Source: Hydrolagus colliei (taxonomy: Eukaryota). Taken from it: DNA of 64,000 nucleotides. Below the pieces are notes generated by a model. It was not told the DNA's origin, did no database searches, and saw only the letters and a list, made by a program, of their open reading frames with translations. Below are positions 46,293 to 58,270 of this stretch, in pieces. A program made the position numbers and the translations under genes. Numbering within the stretch: the first letter of the stretch is position 1; each line of letters begins with the position of its first letter. Location of the stretch: NCBI GenBank assembly GCA_035084275.1, contig CM068753.1, forward strand, positions 1,736,001 through 1,800,000, written 5' to 3'.

Positions 46293-47224
46293 AATGTTGC
46301 TGGCAGTGGCCCCGCGCAAACAGCTGTGGATCGAGTCACCAAATTAATTATTTTAATTTGTTTTTTTTTAAGCGATTCCCAACACCCCCCCACCACCCCC
46401 CTCCCATCCCCATCCCATCCATCCCCCGTCCCCCCACACCAGCCATTCCTCCTCCCCGCCATCCAATCTGACTGCGCGGAGCGATGGTTCACCGCTAGCT
46501 GCCTCAACTAAAGTGTTTAACTAGTAATGAAAGACGTCAACTGTTTCTGAAAGCCTCTAGCCTCCGTTACCATAGCCACCAATGGCAGTTTGATGTGTTA
46601 TCAGTGACCTGGTGCCTGCCCCCAATTTTATTTTTTGGTGCTAAAAATAATTCACCTGCTCCGATTATTTTCCCTCCTTCCTCTTGGTTCATTTCCTTCC
46701 CCCCCTCCCCCACCCCCCCATACCACCACACGTCCTACCGCCCCCACCACCACCGTCTTTCCTCTCCCACCCACTCCTTCCTGTGTAATTTGCTGATCAG
46801 ACTGTATCATTGTGCACTGAACATCACTGAGCTGGGTAATGTAAGGGAAGACTGGCTATACAATTACCTTAATACTATGTACCAGATCCCCCCCCCCGCC
46901 CCCCGTCTCGCAAATTTTTCTTCTTCTTCAATCAGCCAGCTGGGTGTCTGACACACGCGGAAACCCATCACCGTTGCTTAAGAGTCTCCAAACTCAATGG
47001 GACTTCCATCCATCCATCCATCCATCCATCTCACCCTCCCACCCAAAACAGGAATTCATGAATGCAAACAGTTACCAAAACCCTAAACACATATCATACA
47101 AGCAACAATAGTTCTTCCTACCATGATGGCGATTTAAAAATATATACAGTACCGGTTATATATTGCATACTGTATTACAGTTAGGGGAACGTTCAAGAGT
47201 TACAAGATTTATTTTGCACTTTTA

Positions 47225-47560
47225 ACAACAACAAATTGACAATTTGTACAGAACCTTTCACGTCAGGAGGACGTCCCGAGGCGTTGGACAGTCAGTGTTT
47301 TCAGACCCGAGCTGGGTGTCGGGAACGGGGATGGTGGAGGGAAGAGGGGGGTTGGGGGGTTTGCAGGTGACCGATGGGACCGTCGAAGAGGAGAGTCTTG
47401 AGGCGGGACTTGGAAGGAGGCCAGGGAGGGAGGGAGGGAGGGGGAGGGAGGGAGGGGAGGGAGGAGGGAGGGAGGGAGGGGAGGGAGGGAGGGAGGGAGG
47501 CAGAGGGACCTGCGGGGATGGAGTTTTCCAGAAACTCAGAGTCCCGCAGGACAGCAATGT
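47225..47560 (-). mobile_element. L2 LINE 3' end with expanded (CCCT)n
   Basis: FWKTPSP.. ORF remnant, CAAGTCCCGCCTCAAGACTCTCCTCTTCGAC, hairpin and (TTG)n tail on the minus strand. Confidence 0.7.
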
Positions 47561-49012
47561 GACATTTCCAATTTCTCCCCCCTCAAATTTCGGACCCTTG
47601 AGTGTTCTGACTCTCAGTCGTACTGAGAATGAGTAATACAGCAGCCTGTATTGTCAGAGACAGAGAGAGAGAGAGATTGAAATCTTCTCAAAGTCCTGTT
47701 CAGGATTCTGTTTTGGCCTCCTTGCCGTTGAGAGATGGGTTGAATCCCCCGCAAACTTTTTCTAGATAAGGACCCCCCTTTACAGACAGAATTAAGGGTA
47801 GACTTTTGATCCCATCCATTGGTCTTCAGTTTGGATTCCAGCCAAGGTGCTGGGGGGGACTTGAAGACCCTTTGAGGCATCTAGAGGATGTGAAAATTGC
47901 TGCCTCTCAGTGGTTAGAGCACTCGCTTTGCAAGCGAGAGACCAGGACTCGGGGCAAAACCTTGGGCAAGTTCCTTACTCCACACGCTTGATAATAATTC
48001 CTCAAAGAAAATTGGTCACATCAATTCACGACTGTTTATGGGGACGCTGCTGTGTGCAATTATACCAAAAGTACATAGTCAATTGACTTGACAGTATATT
48101 TTGTGAAGCACTTTGAGACACAGATGTGAAAAGCGCTATATATTGAATGCAAAGATCATTGTCATTCTTACTACTGTATATTAAATGCGCTAACACAGTC
48201 CCCTTTTTCACTGGGAGAAACAACAGCCCGGTTTTCTTTTGGTAACATGGTCCAAATAACAGTTTCCGTTACATAAATCTGACCACAGAAGTTATTGTTT
48301 TTCCAACAGGTTTGTTCTCATCACACCCTGGCCGACAGAGCCTTCGTCACACAGTTTCCCACAATAGCCTAAAAGAGAGAGAGAGAGAGAGAGAGATGGA
48401 GATAGAGAGATAGAGAGAGAGAGAAACACAGATGATAAATCAACAAAAACATATTGAAGCTTTATCGCGTTTCTCTGCCTGCAGATATGAAATGATAGAT
48501 TTAGCCACTCTCTCGAAAATAAATCGAGAGACAGAAAAAAAAACACAGATATGTTATGTACTTCCTGAAATTACTGAGAAGTGGGAGCAGTGTGATTGAT
48601 GTCTGGTGTTTACTCAAAGTTTCCCACTGGCCTTGACTGTCTGTCTGTTAGCTCTCACAATCACTGTGTGTTCCCAAACCACACCCTTCGGCTTAATGCG
48701 ACTGCCTCGCTTCCGAAGATCCATAATTCTGTAGATGGAACCACACGAACTGCAACTGCAACTAACCCGCGATCATCGCATTTTACTGCCTGAAGGACCG
48801 ACTGATTGCTCAATCAGATTCAAATCTGTTTCTTAAAAATCTCTCAGTAATCTGGCTCCCATGTGCGTAACAGAAACCATTTAAAGCCTCCTCGCCCCCC
48901 CCCCCCCCCCCCCCTCAATCGGATTAGTCACCAAGCTATGAATTACCATGTGCGGAGTCCTCGAGTTTGGATTTGAGTGGAACTGAGAATGAGTATATAC
49001 AACAACGAGAGA

Positions 49013-49048
<36 letters not shown>

Positions 49049-51674
49049 CAGAGAGAGACAACGCACAAGAGAAAATAGTGAGCGACGGAGACGGGTTAGA
49101 AAATCCGAAATAAAGGACCCCAGGAAAGAATAAACGCAGAGCGGCTTTCGCGTCAGGAGCACGTGCCAAGGCGCTGGGACTTTTTCCACGCTCGTGGAGC
49201 GAATGGCCTCTGCGTGTTTATCTAGTGGGCGAAACGTAACCCTGGTCGCAAACCATTCATAAAACTAGGGTCGGTTTCGGCCTCCTGGAGGTTTCCGAGG
49301 GCAGGGAAACACATTTTTCTCCCCCCCCCACCCCCCCCCCTCCAGTTCGTGCAAACAGGAAAGTGACTGTTTGATCGAGGCAAAAGGCAAAGTTCGAGGG
49401 TGTCGCAAATCTTTAGTGCCGCTCTTGACAGTGTCTCGCTGGCTTATCTCCTCCCCGCACACAGCAATCGATCGTCCCACCGTCAAAACATTACGACTGA
49501 CGGTACTTTAGGAAAGGATGGGGGGGGGGGGGCGGTGGGGGGGGGGGGGGGTGGGGGGGGGGGGGGGGGGGGGTGGAGGAAATGAGATTGTGGATTTTAA
49601 ATTGAAAACGATGATAGATTTTCCGCCTCTGGACGGCAGCACAGGATCAACAGATGCTCTAATTATCTGATAAGTGTAATCAGCGCAGTGAGCAGGTCTG
49701 TGTGTGTGTGTGTGTGTGAGTGTGTGTCTGGGACTGTGTCTGTGCGTGTTGTGATGGGGGGGGGGGGGGTGGTGGGGAGGGAAACATGGCATTGCCTCGG
49801 TGCTAAGTGGAAAATGGCCCTTCTCTTCGCTCCACCTTATTAATTAGGTTTCCATCCTCATACACCCACAGACACACACGCGCGCGCAATAAAAAAAATC
49901 TTGATCTAGATTAGCCGGTAAAATGGAAAGCCTCATTCCTCATTCCCAGCCTGCGGATTCGATTCCCGCGTCTCTGGTTTAGTTGATGTATTGATGCTGC
50001 CAGCTCAGGGGTGGAGGGGGGGTTGGGGGAGGGAGTGGGTGGGTGGTGTGTGTGTGTGTGGGGTGGGTGAGTGGGTGAAGAGAGAGCTTACAGACTGGCC
50101 CTGATAGCCAACCTTTCAGATGTGACAAGTTCCCCATTCAGCATATTACGCACAGCAATTGCGTGCGGTGGCTCTCACTGTTTTGAAGTTGCTTTTCGAA
50201 TCAACATGTTTTAACTGTGTGTTGTGTTTGTGTGTGTTTGTGATGTGTGTGTGTGTGTGTGTTAATCTGCGTGTGCCTGTGTTAACCTGCTGTGTGTCTA
50301 TGTGGTGTGTTATATTTTTTTTACGGAAAAATATATATCCATACTCCTTTACCGGCCTCCCTTCCTCCCTCCCTCCCTCCATGTCCTCACCATCATGCCC
50401 TCACACATCCTTGTCTCTCCGATCTTCTCCTTGCCTGCTCCTCTGCTCACACAGACCCCACCACAAATCCCTCTTTCTCTCCAGATCCCCGTCGGTGTCC
50501 CGAGCCTTTAGGTGTCTACTTCCCGGTGGCTCCTTCCCTCCAACTCCACCCCCCCCCCCCCTCCCCCACCACAGCTCAACAAGCCCCATTTCGCCCACAA
50601 ATATACAGTCAACTCACTTTACAGTCTATCCCGCGAAGCGCTTTGAGACTCAGTCTAGAAGATGCAAGGATTATTATTATTATGAGTCATTATTATCTAT
50701 CTCTAGAACCTCCTCTTCAACCTCACCTTCAGCCATACTCCTACCCCCAATCCTCCCCCCAGCCCCCCCCCCACCCTCCACCCCTTCCTGATCCCCCCTC
50801 CCCCCCTCCGGATAGCTTGGGTCTGTCCAGCCAGCGCCTTTGGTGGACGCCCTCCCTACGTGAATTGACGTTACAGTGAGTGTTTGTTTCGCCGTTGTCG
50901 TTAAATAGATCCTTAAAAAAAAACGCTACCGCTGAGGTGGCTGCCTTCCCCCCCACCGCCTTCTCTCTCTCGCCTCTCGCTCAGTGTCTCAGTGTCGTCA
51001 GTGTCTCAGTGTCTCGCCCCCCACTCCCCCATCATTGTGACACATTATCTTCAGTGAAGGGCTCCACACAAATGCCAGTCGACGTATCAACTCCAGACTT
51101 CTGGCTGAGAGCCGGGAGACAACTTCCGCTTGCAGAAGGTCAGCCTGGAGTTGTCATAGCTACTGGGGAAAATGCATATGGTTTAATTCCCCCCCTTTAC
51201 GCTTGTAAGTAGGTCGGTCAATATTTTTTTGCCGTGAAATGTAAAATCGATGATCGGTGTGTTTCAGTGGTTTTGTTTTTTATTAAACGCGAAACGCGGC
51301 AGCCGGTCACGCGCGAAAGTGTCCCTCGAACGTGGGGATTGAGTGACCACGTGATCATCACGATTATCGGTATCGACGACCTTCAAATGAAATAGTAATA
51401 AATTTCCCCTCCACACCCCCTCCCTCCCCATCGAGCCTCGCGTCTTTCCAACCCTTTCCAACCGTGGCTCTCTAACGGAATTAGTATGAATTTCCCGTGT
51501 GTGGGTGGGTGGCAATGTACCCGGCTGTTTGCTAAAACACGGGAGGCACAGAGTAAGGAGAACTTGCCTAAAGTTTCGCCCTGACCTGCCTGGGAATCGA
51601 GTTAGGAGGCAGGGGAGAGAGGTAGCCATCTGATAGCTTCCAAAGAATACCGTGAAACTTCAGTTGGGGAAAGA

Positions 51675-52048
51675 AAATAATAATCCTGGCATTTGATATA
51701 ACACGTCTTCTAACACAAGCATCTCAAAGCGCTTCACGGAATATATTGTAAAGTGAATTGATTGTTTATTTGTGTAAATCACAGCGGCCAATTGCGCACA
51801 GCGGCGTCCCCCCCCCCCCCCCCCCAAACAGTCGTGGATTGAAATGACCAATTTTTATGAATGTGGTTTTTTTTGTTGAGGGATTATTATTATTAGACAT
51901 GTGTGTGTGTCTGTGTGGGGGGGGGGGGGGGGGTGGGGGGGGGGAGTAAGGAAACTTGCCTAAGGTTTCGTCCCTGACCTGCCTGGATTCGAAACACAGG
52001 CCTCACGCTTGTAAGGCGAGCGCTCTAACCCACTGAGCTACAGGACTA
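51675..52048 (-). mobile_element. tRNA-derived SINE, full length
   Basis: Head GTCCTGTAGCTCAGTGGGTTAGAGCGCTCGCCTTACAAGCG..TTCGAATCC, with poly-C/G expansions in the body. Confidence 0.88.
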
Positions 52049-52076
52049 TGATTCCAGAGCAGAATTGGGGGGCAAA

Positions 52077-52115
52077 GGGGTGGGGTGGGGTGGGGTGGGG
52101 TGGGGTGGGGTGGGG
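52077..52115 (+). repeat. (GGGGT)n tandem repeat, G-quadruplex prone
   Basis: About 7-8 perfect pentamer units. Confidence 0.85.
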
Positions 52116-52314
52116 GTGAGATTCTAACCCTGGGTCACTGCTGCCCGATTGGGCGGACGCTAAACATCCCATCAATAAAACCTTAAACGAAAATAACCCT
52201 TGCGTTTCAAGTCAGGGGGATCCGAGACAAAATACAAAAGCCAGCGAAACGGTTCAGGATTAGCACTGCCTCTCTCCCTCTCTATTGTTCATCGGCGCCA
52301 GCCAGCCAGGGAGA

Positions 52315-52319
<5 letters not shown>

Positions 52320-52367
<48 letters not shown>
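52320..52367 (+). repeat. (GA)n microsatellite
   Basis: Uninterrupted GA run. Confidence 0.9.
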
Positions 52368-52371
<4 letters not shown>

Positions 52372-53751
52372 CGTGGGTCCATATGTTGGCGAGGAAGTCG
52401 AGTGCTCGAGAAGGGCACGGTGCACAAAGCCGCGGAGACGGAGTCTCGGAGCCAAGTCCTGAATAAGTTACCATAAATTTTGACAGAATGTGAGATGCCG
52501 GGACTCTGACTGAGATGCCATCTGCTCGATGCGACGAGAGGTGATAAGTGGCTGCTGCGCGAAATTGCAGACGTACTTTACCTCCGCGCGCGGGACCTTG
52601 CGTAACGCACCTGCTCAGCATTAACCCCCCGCTGTCACCACAGAGAGCTCTGCCTCGCTCCGAAACGTGGGTACAGCAGGCGGGAGGGAATTCCTTGCAA
52701 CTGTAGGTGTGTGCGTGTGTGTGTGTGTGTGTGTGTAACTGACTAGGATTTGAAGTGCTTGCACTAAACACAGTGAAACCCGTTTAAAACCCCACAGTGT
52801 AAATACCGCACTGTACTGTACAGCGCTGAAAGGCACCAACAAATCTCCAGTACCTTTATGGTGTGAACCTTGTCAGGCAAAACTACTACCACGACAACAA
52901 CTTTCATTTATACAGCCCCCCCCACACCCCACCCCCGCCCTGCCCCCCCACTCATACACAGGATGGGGGGGGGGGTTCCCAGAGAGCTTGACAGTGGGGG
53001 AATCTGACTTCGAGGGAGGGGGGAAGAGGGGGGGGGTTACGTGTGTGGGTGGGGGGGTGGAGGTGGTGAGGGAATGGGGGGGGAGAGAGAGGAGTGAGTT
53101 GACTGTAAGCACGATCAAAAAGGAAGGTGTTTTTAAGCGGGATTTGAAGGTGGAGTGGGTGGTGGGAGGGGGAGAGAGGAAGAGATAAGAGATACACTGA
53201 CACACACACACATACACACACCCAGTTGTTATGCAATGATGTATGAAGCTGCCTGTGCTGATGAGTTTACTGTTTACTGAGGCTGTTGGATAATTACATT
53301 AGACCTGTGCGCCTGCTGTTCTAAACTATCACGACTGCAAAGTTTGTCTCCAAAACACTGACAGAACGAGACCGGCTGCCTCGAAACGCACACCGAGCCT
53401 CAAGGTTAATCCCACCCTGGCAAACCAAGCCAGGACATTTCCCCCCAATCGATCTTCCCAACAACCGATTGAAACACACAAGACACACACACACACACAC
53501 AGGCTTCTCAAAGGCTGACCCAATCTTGAACACAGTAAACGAACACGAGACAAGAGGAGAGAATTAGAGATTGATGGGGAAGGGAGATCAGCAGTCGCTT
53601 CTCAAACTCCACATCACCACCTGGTGGATCTGTCCTCTCTGTCACTCAATGGGTTTAGCGATGTGTGTTCAAGCTGCGGGCAGGAAGATAATATTAATAA
53701 TAATAATAATAATCCTGGTGTTTGATACGGCTCTTTTCACGCCTTCTAGAC

Positions 53752-54124
53752 CAGTTTCTCAAGCCTTTTCAGCAATGTACCCCTGGTTAATTTTCAACAT
53801 TATCATGCACCCCCCACCCACCCAACCACGTACATACACAAACACACACCACCCCAATCACCCAACCACACACACACACACCACCCCCCTCATTTCACTT
53901 GCATTTTATGACCAAGCTTTTCTTATATAATAAAATAAATAGCGACATACACATCCAGGGGAATAACAATTAAATATACAATATATATTTATAAATATAT
54001 ATTGTATAAGATAGTATAAAACGCCAAATAAGAGAGCGAAATAAATCAATGTACCGTCACCTATACTCCCTGGAACAAATTTTGGAGCCCCTGGGGTACA
54101 TGTACCCCTAGTTGAGAACTGCTG
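53752..54124. mobile_element. Non-autonomous hAT (Charlie-type) DNA transposon nested in a SINE
   Basis: Ends CAGTTTCTCAA and TTGAGAACTGCTG; 8-bp TSD TTCTAGAC (53744-53751) / GTCTAGAC (54125-54132). The SINE sequence is continuous when the insert is removed. Confidence 0.78.
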
Positions 54125-54734
54125 GTCTAGACTGTGACTCAAAGTACTTCACAGAATATACTACAAAATATATCGACTGCATATTTGTGGATGAAACGCG
54201 GAGCCAATTGCGCATAGCAGCATACCCCACAAACAGACGTGGAATGGGTGACCAGATTGTTATTGTGGTTTATTTTGAGGAATTATTATCAGATGCGCGC
54301 GTGTGTGTGTGTGTGCGTGCGTGCATGCGTGCGTGTGTGTATGTGTGTGGAGTAAAGAAACTTGACCAAGGTTTCGCCCTGGCCTACAATCGAGCTCAGG
54401 TTTCTCGCTTCTAAATACGCATTCACTTCACTTCCTGTGAAGCGCTTTGAGATATCTCAATGACGTGATAAGTCGCTATATCCAATGTAAGGATTATTAG
54501 TATATGCTAATTATATGAAGGGGAAGCCCTCAAACAGATTTTTAGCATCTACCAGACAAAAAATCTTCGACCCGATAGCTTGACTCACTTTCCTCTCTCC
54601 ATAGATGCTGCCTGACCTGCTGAGTTTACTGAATGTGGGAGTGTGTGTGTGTGTGAGAGAAACCTGCAGGTTTTAGTTTAGGTAAACTTGAAACATATCC
54701 CCTTCATTCTTGTAATTAGAATACTAATTCTTGC

Positions 54735-55080
54735 TTATTGTTTGATATAGCGCTTTTCACATCTTCTAGACTGTCTCAAAGCGCTTCGCAGAATACTGTG
54801 TACTGTAAAGTGAATCGACTGTATATTTGTGGGAGAAACGCGGCAGCCAATTGCGCACGGCAGCGTCCCCCACAAACCAGTCGTGGATTGAAAATGACCA
54901 GTTTTATTACAGGTTTATTTTTTGGACGTATTATTATTATGCGCGCGTGTGCGCGCGAGTGTGTGTGTGTGTGTGTAGTAAGGAAACTTGCCCAAGGTTT
55001 CGCCCTGACCTACCTGGATTCGAAACATAGGTCTCACGCAAGTAAGGCGGGTTCTCTAACCCACTGAGCTACAGCACTCC
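54735..55080 (-). mobile_element. tRNA-derived SINE, full length
   Basis: A/B boxes, (CA)n, family body and tail. Confidence 0.88.
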
Positions 55081-57248
55081 CATTTGCTGGGTGAACTCCC
55101 ACGCTCTTCGTTGGGGGGGTAGCGAGCCAGAGCGCTTTCATCAGCAAAATATTCCCTATCTCCCCGACTCGTCAATACCCAGTTTGCTGCCTCTAGATGG
55201 AGCTCTGATCCAGCTGGTTCACACGTGGATTTCTCTCGGCTGAATTAACAAGACCAGTTCCAACGCCGGGCACTGATCCGTTTTGCTCTGAGTTTGCAAC
55301 CTTCGCAGAAGCCCTGAAAGGGGATCCCGTCAGTGAAATAGGAAACCTCGCCCCGATTCCTGCATCGATCAATAAATAACCTTGTTTCCTTGTGAGTGAG
55401 ATGGAAACACATTCGCCCACCTAATAATACTGTAGTCACTCTACAGTACTGTATATATTCAGTGAAGGGCTTTTTTGAGACGCCTAGAAGACGTGATAAG
55501 GCGCTGTATCAAATGCAAGGATTATTATTAATATGGTGAACATTACAAAGGTGCGCAGAGATCAAATATATGATCAAACCGTACAAATCTTGATCTTCTC
55601 ACTCCCAGACTTCTTGTTTCGATTCCAGGCAGGGAGAAACCTCGGGTAAGTTTCCTTCCTCCACTCACATACGCCTAATAATAATCCCTCGATAAAATAA
55701 TACAATTGGTCAATTCAATCCACAATCCTGTTTGTGGGGGCTGCCGCTGTGCGCAATCAGCTGCCCCGTTTCACCCACAAATATACAGTCGATTCACTTT
55801 ACAGTATATATTCCGTGAAGGGTTTTTGAGACATCTAGAAGATGTCGTAAGGCCCTGTATCAAATGCAAGGATTATTATTCATATTATCATTTACCAAAC
55901 CAGGTCGAATCTGATGCCAATAGCAAAGTTTGGAGCCCAGTGATTATGTCAGCCTTTAGCCAGACTTTAGCTAGACTGCCTTGCCAAGGAATGCTTTCGA
56001 CTTCCTCGCGCAATGAATCTTTTGCCGTACCTTGTTGCGTAGAGGAGTCAACTGGAAGCGAGCGAGAATGAGAGAGAGACGGAGAGAGGAAGCAGAAGGG
56101 ATTATTTAGAGGGAAGAGGGAGCAATCTGCAGCCAAGGCTAGATACCCAACTGCATCTCTGAATAGTTGCCTTTTCAAACCACACAGCGGGAACCTGGTC
56201 CTAATTGTCACCAATAGATTAAAGTAATTGAAGCAGGGCAAACGAGAAGGTCGGAAGGAAACAGCGTGAGCGAAGTAAGACACTGGCTGCACAGCGAGTG
56301 GATGTGGCGTAGAGTGACACGCTAGGAAGTTGCAAAAGTCTTTCTTAACAGCACTAGCAGCGGGGGGGAGGTGGGGGCGGGGGGAAGTGGGGGTGGGGGA
56401 GGAAAGAAAAATAATTGGTTGATATCCAACCGTACGAAACAAAACTTTTCAATGAAGTTGTTTCCATATCCTGTTGCCTTGTTTCTGACACAATTGCCAA
56501 AAGGAACCTCGCTTGTCATGAGATTCATTCCGTCTTTGTGACCGACAATCGGCACCGATAGGAAAAATCTGTGGGTCAAAATATACAGGTCATTCATTAA
56601 ATCTGCAGCCTGTGCTACACAATGTATTATACAGTAAATACAAATCTCCCTTCCCAACCACACCAACATTTCAAGAGAGAAAAAGCTCCCCCCCTCCCCC
56701 CAGCAATTACAATGACAAAATCACATTTGTACATCATCTTTCCCGTCCGGAGGAGGACGTCCCAATTACAAGGTTGTTTCCCTTAAGTTTTCGTTAAAAC
56801 TGGTAATAATAATTCTTGCATTTTATGTAGCGCTTCATCTGGTCGTTGAGTCGTCTCAAAGCGCTCACAGAATATACTGTAAAGTGTAGTGACTTGTGTA
56901 TTTTGTGGGCAAAACGCGACACACAAGTTGTGGATTGAGTGACCAAAATTATTATTGAAAACGTTTTTTGTTTGGTGAAGGGATTGTGATCCTGTCAATT
57001 GACTTAACAAACGGGTTCCTTCTTACCAGCCGGTTTATAGAGTAAATACAAAGCTCCCTTCCTGCCAACGCCGCTCACTGTTTAATAAAAACAGCAATTA
57101 AAGGCGTTCCCTCAAACTATCACCAATCCGGTAATTTAGCAGAAGGTGAAAATAAACACATTCATCTCAGGGAGCGCAGTCACCTCTGGCATCAGGGCGT
57201 CCACGGGAACCAATAAAACAACAGAAGGATTGATTAATAGCTGAGGTC

Positions 57249-57254
57249 TTTATT
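57249..57254 (-). terminator. Candidate TMCC1 polyA signal (3' UTR about 2.5 kb)
   Basis: Minus strand TGTACTGTACATGAAATAAAGAC: UGUA elements directly before AATAAA. Confidence 0.55.
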
Positions 57255-57939
57255 TCATGTACAGTACAGTAACTGCAGCCAAGGTCTGGGACAAATCAAC
57301 AAGACATGAATTCAATCTCATCAGATCAGCTGTTACAAACCTATTCAACTACAGTGTTACTTTCACAAGTGTCGTTACCAGCAATCCCAGCCCTGAGCTA
57401 GCGTGTGGCTTACGCTCGCGGCTAATTCACTGCCTACCACGATAGACCGACCACCACACACACACACACACACGCACACACATCATAAAACAGACAACAT
57501 CCAGAACCTACACGTCACTCCAACTCACTGACCCGATTGAGCGAGTGAGCGAGCGAGTGCTCGCCTTCATAAATACTCAAGAATGTGAAACCCAGAAAAC
57601 CATCTCGCCACAAAAGGTGTCTTGTCTGTGTGTAATGTGAGTAGAGAGAGAGAGGGGCAAAGATGCCGTTAAATTAAATAATAAGAAATATTGGATGGCC
57701 GTGTATGATGTCAGTGTTTGATTTCCTGGTGTGTAAAGCAGAGCCCCAAAGAAAAAAAAAAAAATTCTTAAACTGGGAAGTGTACTTGGATCCAGTGTCC
57801 CCGTGATTCACACATGCGCAAACAAAAAGGAGTGATTTATGTACTTACTGGTATCTTAGCCATTGGCTCCTGACTGCTTTATAGGAAAACCAACAGGTGC
57901 GAGCTCTATTCCCCAGCCACACTCTGAATTATAGCAATA

Positions 57940-58270
57940 GTAATAATCCTTGTAATTGATATAGCGTCTGATCACACCATTGTGACGTCTCAAAGCGTTT
58001 CACAGAATATACTGTAAAGTGTATATTTTGGTGGGCCGAACGCGGCAGCCAATTGCTCACACCCAATTATTATTATTTAGTTTTTTCCCTCCCGCCAAAG
58101 GGATTATTTACCCCTGGTAAAACGATCCGCCAATCCACTAATAACCAGTCCCTACTTATTGCTGGGTAAGCAGAGGCTCCCGGAGTTAGGAAACCTTTCT
58201 AACGGCCCGGGAATCAAACCTAGGTCCTCTTGCTTTCGAGGCGAGCGCTCTAACCGCTACATTACAGTAC
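57940..58270 (-). mobile_element. tRNA-derived SINE (long subfamily) within the putative TMCC1 3' UTR
   Basis: A/B box remnants, family body and tail. Confidence 0.75.

Noticed and set aside
50159-50879. Long ORFs of 195-210 aa
   Set aside because: Made of microsatellites, poly-C and SINE/L2 fragments; low complexity with no recognisable domain.
54540-54630. CTCTCTCCATAGATGCTGCCTGACCTGCTGAG segment
   Set aside because: Resembles a common chondrichthyan retroelement end but is too short to classify.
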